Source of the DNA: Eledone cirrhosa
Lineage: Eukaryota
DNA length: 64,000 nt
Assembly: GCA_964016885.1 (NCBI GenBank)
Contig: OZ024740.1
Location: 329,282,001 to 329,346,000 of the forward strand
Direction: 5' to 3'
Shown here: positions 59,446 through 64,000 of the stretch, in pieces
Numbering within the stretch: position 1 is the stretch's first letter
How the letters are laid out: each line of letters begins with the position of its first letter
Notes under the pieces: model-generated
Told to the model about the DNA's origin: nothing
Databases searched by the model: none
What the model saw: the letters and a program-made list of their open reading frames with translations, nothing else
Position numbers and translations under genes: made by a program

Positions 59446-60914
59446 CACCGTTTAAAATATTTATTGTTCCCCGGTTCTAAGTATGATTTCCTGGTTTGTC
59501 ATATCCCATTATCATAAGAACACACTATTATTTAATAAAAAGTTTGGGTTTGTGGATGACAGTTTCATATTACAAATTTTCATATTTTTCAAGAAAAAAC
59601 ACATTTTAAAAAGATTTATCAGTTCGTATAATTAAATCAACAGAGTATATATTTATTTTATTACACAAGCTTATCAAAAGCAAATAAGTAAAAACAAATA
59701 ACACTTATAAAGCAACTTATACACGTCAGAAATGACTGGATTTCCTGGATTTGCGGTTGTAGTCCAGGTCGCATTCCCGCACTAGCCCCCAGATATAGTC
59801 CCCCATCATTTTTTCATTGTAGTGGCCCTGGTACCTCCGCTCGATCTCTTTCACATCTTGGTGGAATTGTTCGCCTTGTTCTTCTGAGGAGGCGCCCATA
59901 TTGTCCTTGAATTTTTCCAGGTGAGCGTCCAGCATATGGAGTTTAAGCGACATCCTGCACCCCATGGCGCCAAAAGCCTTTATCAGATCCTGCACCAGTT
60001 GCTGGTAGTTTTCAGCTCTGTAGTTGCCCAGAAAGCCCTTAACAACTACCTTGAAACAGTTCCATGCTGTTCTCTCAATCCTATTGAGCTTATTGGAGAA
60101 CTCGGTAGACTCAAACACCTTCTTTATTTGAGGGCTAACAAAAATTCCACCTTTGATTTTGGCCTCAGATAACTTGGGGAAGAACTCAAGAAAGTACTTA
60201 AAAGCGGCTTATTCTTGGTTGAGAGCCTTCACAAACTGTTTATCAACCCCAAATTAATGTGCAGTGGAGGCATGAGCACAATCCTGGGATCAACCAATGG
60301 CTCCCACATGAAGTTCCGGGTCCCAACTATAAATTCTGTTCGCTGCTCCCACTTCTTTCCTTTGTAGTGATCAGAGGTGGCTCTGATGTCCCAAAGGCAG
60401 AGGAAGCATTGGAATTTGATAAAGCCTCCTTGGAGTCCAAGCAGGAAAGCCACCATCTTGAAGTCTCCAATGATTTGTACTGGTTGTATTGCAGAGCTTC
60501 CAAGAGAACTTTCACACTGTAGTAATCTTCATTCAGGCAGACTAAATGAGCTAGAGGTAGTGTCGGGAACGTGTTTCTATTTGGAGGAGGACACCCTTCA
60601 AACTTGTGGTGCAGCTGTCTATAAATATCCCCCACTCCTTGGGCAAAAACGGCATCCCAATAACGTCAAATAGTCCAGGCACGTCATGGCAGAAGCAGAG
60701 ACCATCCCTAAGAGTGTAAAAGCCTGAGAAAGGTTCGTGTCGACTTCTCTGACTAAGCAAATTACACTTACATACAACGTAAAATCCCGCATACAAATAA
60801 TGAATAGTGAATAGCGAGAATAGCTAGAAACTTTTAACTGTTTAATAGCACTTTTTTATTTAAAAGTTATTACAAGCCAGAAACAGAGAAAAAAGATTTT
60901 TTTGTTACACGGTG
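59446..60914 (-). mobile_element. Chapaev3-like (CMC) DNA transposon, internally deleted/decayed
   Basis: Transposase motifs LLGLQGGF.KF.CFLCLWD, PPLHINLGL, MSLKLHMLDAHL..NMGA.SEEQGE.FHQD..ERRYQG..MMGDY.W. Imperfect termini CACCGTTTAAAA (59446) and CACCGTGTAACA (60914, - strand). Confidence 0.8.
59726..60770 (-). pseudogene. frameshifted Chapaev3-type transposase
   Basis: Four ORF fragments (60551-60796, 60327-60635, 60229-60456, 59726-60118) join into one transposase C-terminal half. Confidence 0.8.
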
Positions 60915-60999
60915 TAATCCGATGCATTTTTTATACAGCTTCCACAATCATCCTTCTTTTGTATATTTTATTATTTACTAGATCCTCAATTCTCATATA

Positions 61000-62166
61000 T
61001 TTCTCCTATCATCCCTGTTTTTTTTATTAGTATGAAAGTAGTGGATATTTTCATTCAGGTGTATATTAGCGCATTCTTTTAAACAGAATGCTATGTTAAA
61101 TACTCAACAATATCAGTTAAACGAGGTAACTACATTGAATTGGCAGTTTTTCGTGTATCTGATTTTCTACCCGCCTCGTAACATGTTTACTGGCGTTCTC
61201 TCTGGTTACTCATGGTGGAAAAAGGTGTTAACGACGCACAGACAATAGCTAGAGAGAGGGTTTTCTATTTCTTTTTATTTCTGTTCTAATAGAGACTGGA
61301 ATTGCCTTTGTAATTTATCTTTTTAGATGTGCTGCAAAATCAGTTGTCGTTTATTCATGACAAATATGATGGACCTGATTCTATGTTTCTTATCATGTTT
61401 GGAAAATACACATGTAAGGAACAGGTGTATTCTCAGAAGCTTATTTCTTTTTCTACAATCTATAGTTATCTCATTGTTGTTCAGTGATTGTTCTTAAAAA
61501 CCAACTAAACAGTTGCAGTGTCATTTCTGTTGTCTGAAAGCATACCATATTTTTTTTCTTTTCTTCGTGTAATCTAATTTTCAGTTAAGGTGAATTGTAA
61601 ATCTGAATTTGGAATATTACTGTTGCTTTAGTCTTTGCTATACTCAGTGGACTATATATGTATTGTGCTTGTCTCCTATAGCAGGTCATTAAATATATTT
61701 GTCAGCACTTAGTGTATTGTCGTATACTATATGTTCATATACTATAAACATATGAGATACTCGTTACCAAAAAAAGAAGTATATATATATTTTTGGTAAC
61801 ATAGAATACTATATATTTTCACATACACTCATATTATGCTTAAACGCTGTCTACTCCTTTTTAATTATAACGAGCTAGATTAGCACCATATGCAAATGAG
61901 ATATTGCTAGATGCAAATGAGCATCCCCTGCACATGTTCATCATGCAAAATCTATATAGGCGCTAGTCTATTTTCCTGACCATACCGGTTGAATGTCACT
62001 GACGAAATTTTAATGAATTTTGAAACAGTAGTGATTGACATCGTTTCGGGTTCAAAGTGTAAAGTAGGAAAAATACTATTTTCTTTACAACAATGTTTTT
62101 CTTTGATAGCAAAGCCCTTTTTACTTACAGTTTAAAATTATATCGTATATGCTTTTATATACACAT

Positions 62167-62207
<41 letters not shown>

Positions 62208-63800
62208 AATATGAAAACATGGCGTGCTGCGTATGAATAAATTTAGTCCTTCATCAGTGATCTTCCAGCCTTCGTTGGTATTTCCTCGCTTTAAAGACCA
62301 TATGCCTCTGGTTGGTGCGCGCAACGGCTAAAGAAAGTCGTTGGGACACGTAAATAGGAGGAACGAGCGAGACAGTAAACAAACAAAGATGGTAATGCAA
62401 CGAAAAGTGAGGAAGAAGGAGTCGAGTCCCTGAAATCGATGAACATAAGTTCTGTGAAATCGTGGACGAGAGAGAATAAAGACCATCCAACCTGGTCGAA
62501 ATGTGAGTAAGGAAAGAATTTATATGTATACACGTATATGTAACGATGTTCTGGCTGTAGAAATGCTTTAAATCATGTAGGATGTATAGAAACTTAATAT
62601 TCACCTGTTTATATAAACATTGTTTATGCATATTCCGGGGTTAAGTTCCGGTATTTGTTTCTGAAGCTTCACGATTTCTATAACATATCCTTCAGGAGAA
62701 TGGAAATCGATTATGACAGGCACGCGAGTAGTAAGTATAGCGTAGCATCAACAGCTACAACACTTTCCGACTTGATGGACAGAGAATAAGATGTATATCC
62801 TTTCCTGAAATTTTAGAAACAAAATTAAAGGCTGTAGCAAATAATTCATAAAGATGTACCACAGTCGCCATGGCGACAGATGGTACTATAATATCACGAA
62901 CACCTTATGACAGTTATCTGCACGTCGTGTAACACACGGATACCGGGATGTATCGCTAGCCACCTCAATATTCTACCCTTCATGTTGGGAGGGTCGGAGT
63001 GAAGTAGCGTGGCTTACATAAGGAAATGCCGTCGATCACCGCAGGTATTTGAAGGAGGCCACCAATACAAAATCCACCAATACGTACAATTAAAATAAGA
63101 GCAACAAGGAATTATTAAAGAAACAACACGAAACAATCTCATCGGGAGCTAGTACAAGTCTGAGACCAACTTACCAAATAAACATTTTTTTTAGATACAC
63201 AGACACACATACACACATACACATACATGCACAGACAAATGCGCACATGGATGTCATGTATTTTCACCCCAAGATCGATATCGAAACTCGTCTAATTAAA
63301 AAAGAAAAACAATAGTTTAATGGATGTTAAAAAAGAATATTCATATGACGCAATACTTTACAAATAATATGTATAGAAAAACATTGTGAAACCTATTTAA
63401 GGGAATATTAGATGCCGTATTAAATGTTTCACTAGAAGCACAAGATCACCTATCAAAATTTGTCCATTTAACAGGTCAGCACTACCAACTGGTGAAATAG
63501 TACATATGAAGTGAATTTAACTTGAAAGCATGGGCTGACAGTCTGCATGGGGGTTCAGACCGGATATCAGAGGGAGGTGAATGTTCTTAGATCAGAGTGT
63601 TTCGGGATACGTTGTTTTTTCTGATTTAGTCATTCGTAGAGGTTTATGTTTAAGATATACAATTATTTCGTATCATATTTTCTTCCATTTTTATTCTCAT
63701 GTATTATATAATATATTGCATTTCCTCTAAACGCAAACTATTCTGTTACATTTTCCCTCTAATATATTTGAGGAACAAAAGAAAGCTGTATTTGCAATAC
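61000..63800 (-). pseudogene. decayed cadherin-like fragments (possibly two genes)
   Basis: YEIIVYL..LNGQI and hydrophobic LVALILIV (63.0-63.8 kb); SPLSIAKTKATVIFQIQIYNSP, SENTPV and INDN (61.3-61.7 kb). Confidence 0.33.
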
Positions 63801-64000
63801 TTTACTATATTATTATTATTATTATTATTCTTTTAGTCTCAGTCATTGATGTTATTCAACTGGAAAGTTTGTTGAAATGAATATCAAGCCGCTACCTGCA
63901 GCCTCAGATATTCTGGATGGAGGCTTCTTGCTGTTCCAAGCAAGCGTGCTTTTTGAAGTGTCCCAAAAAGCGGGGCGGGACCAATTTTCTTTAACCATCC

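Noticed and set aside
62235-62265. Minus-strand CTGATGA in a TA-flanked segment
   Set aside because: No matching GAAA/stem III half found.

Overview
AT-rich, microsatellite-dense animal genomic DNA. The SINE families and repeat style suggest an octopus-like cephalopod (inference). No intact protein-coding gene is visible; nearly all listed ORFs are (TA)n/(CA)n/(GA)n translation artefacts. Three layers stand out. (1) A dense set of Penelope-like retroelements (PLE; one RT relic, GIY-YIG endonuclease relics) and short non-coding derivatives, almost all inserted into (TA)n tracts. Most form asymmetric inverted repeats of 0.1-4.5 kb or partial tandems. Folded by eye, most carry a type I hammerhead ribozyme: about 8 unrelated families, including U3:A8 core variants, long stem II/III variants and retrozyme-like 486, ~555 and 1290 nt units. 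(2) tRNA-derived SINEs (several with TSDs and in-window empty sites), RTE-type LINE fragments and a near-complete Chapaev3-like DNA transposon. (3) The unique spacer DNA repeatedly translates, through many stops and frameshifts, into cadherin-repeat-like motifs. This suggests a heavily decayed protocadherin cluster (moderate-to-low confidence, needs HMM confirmation).
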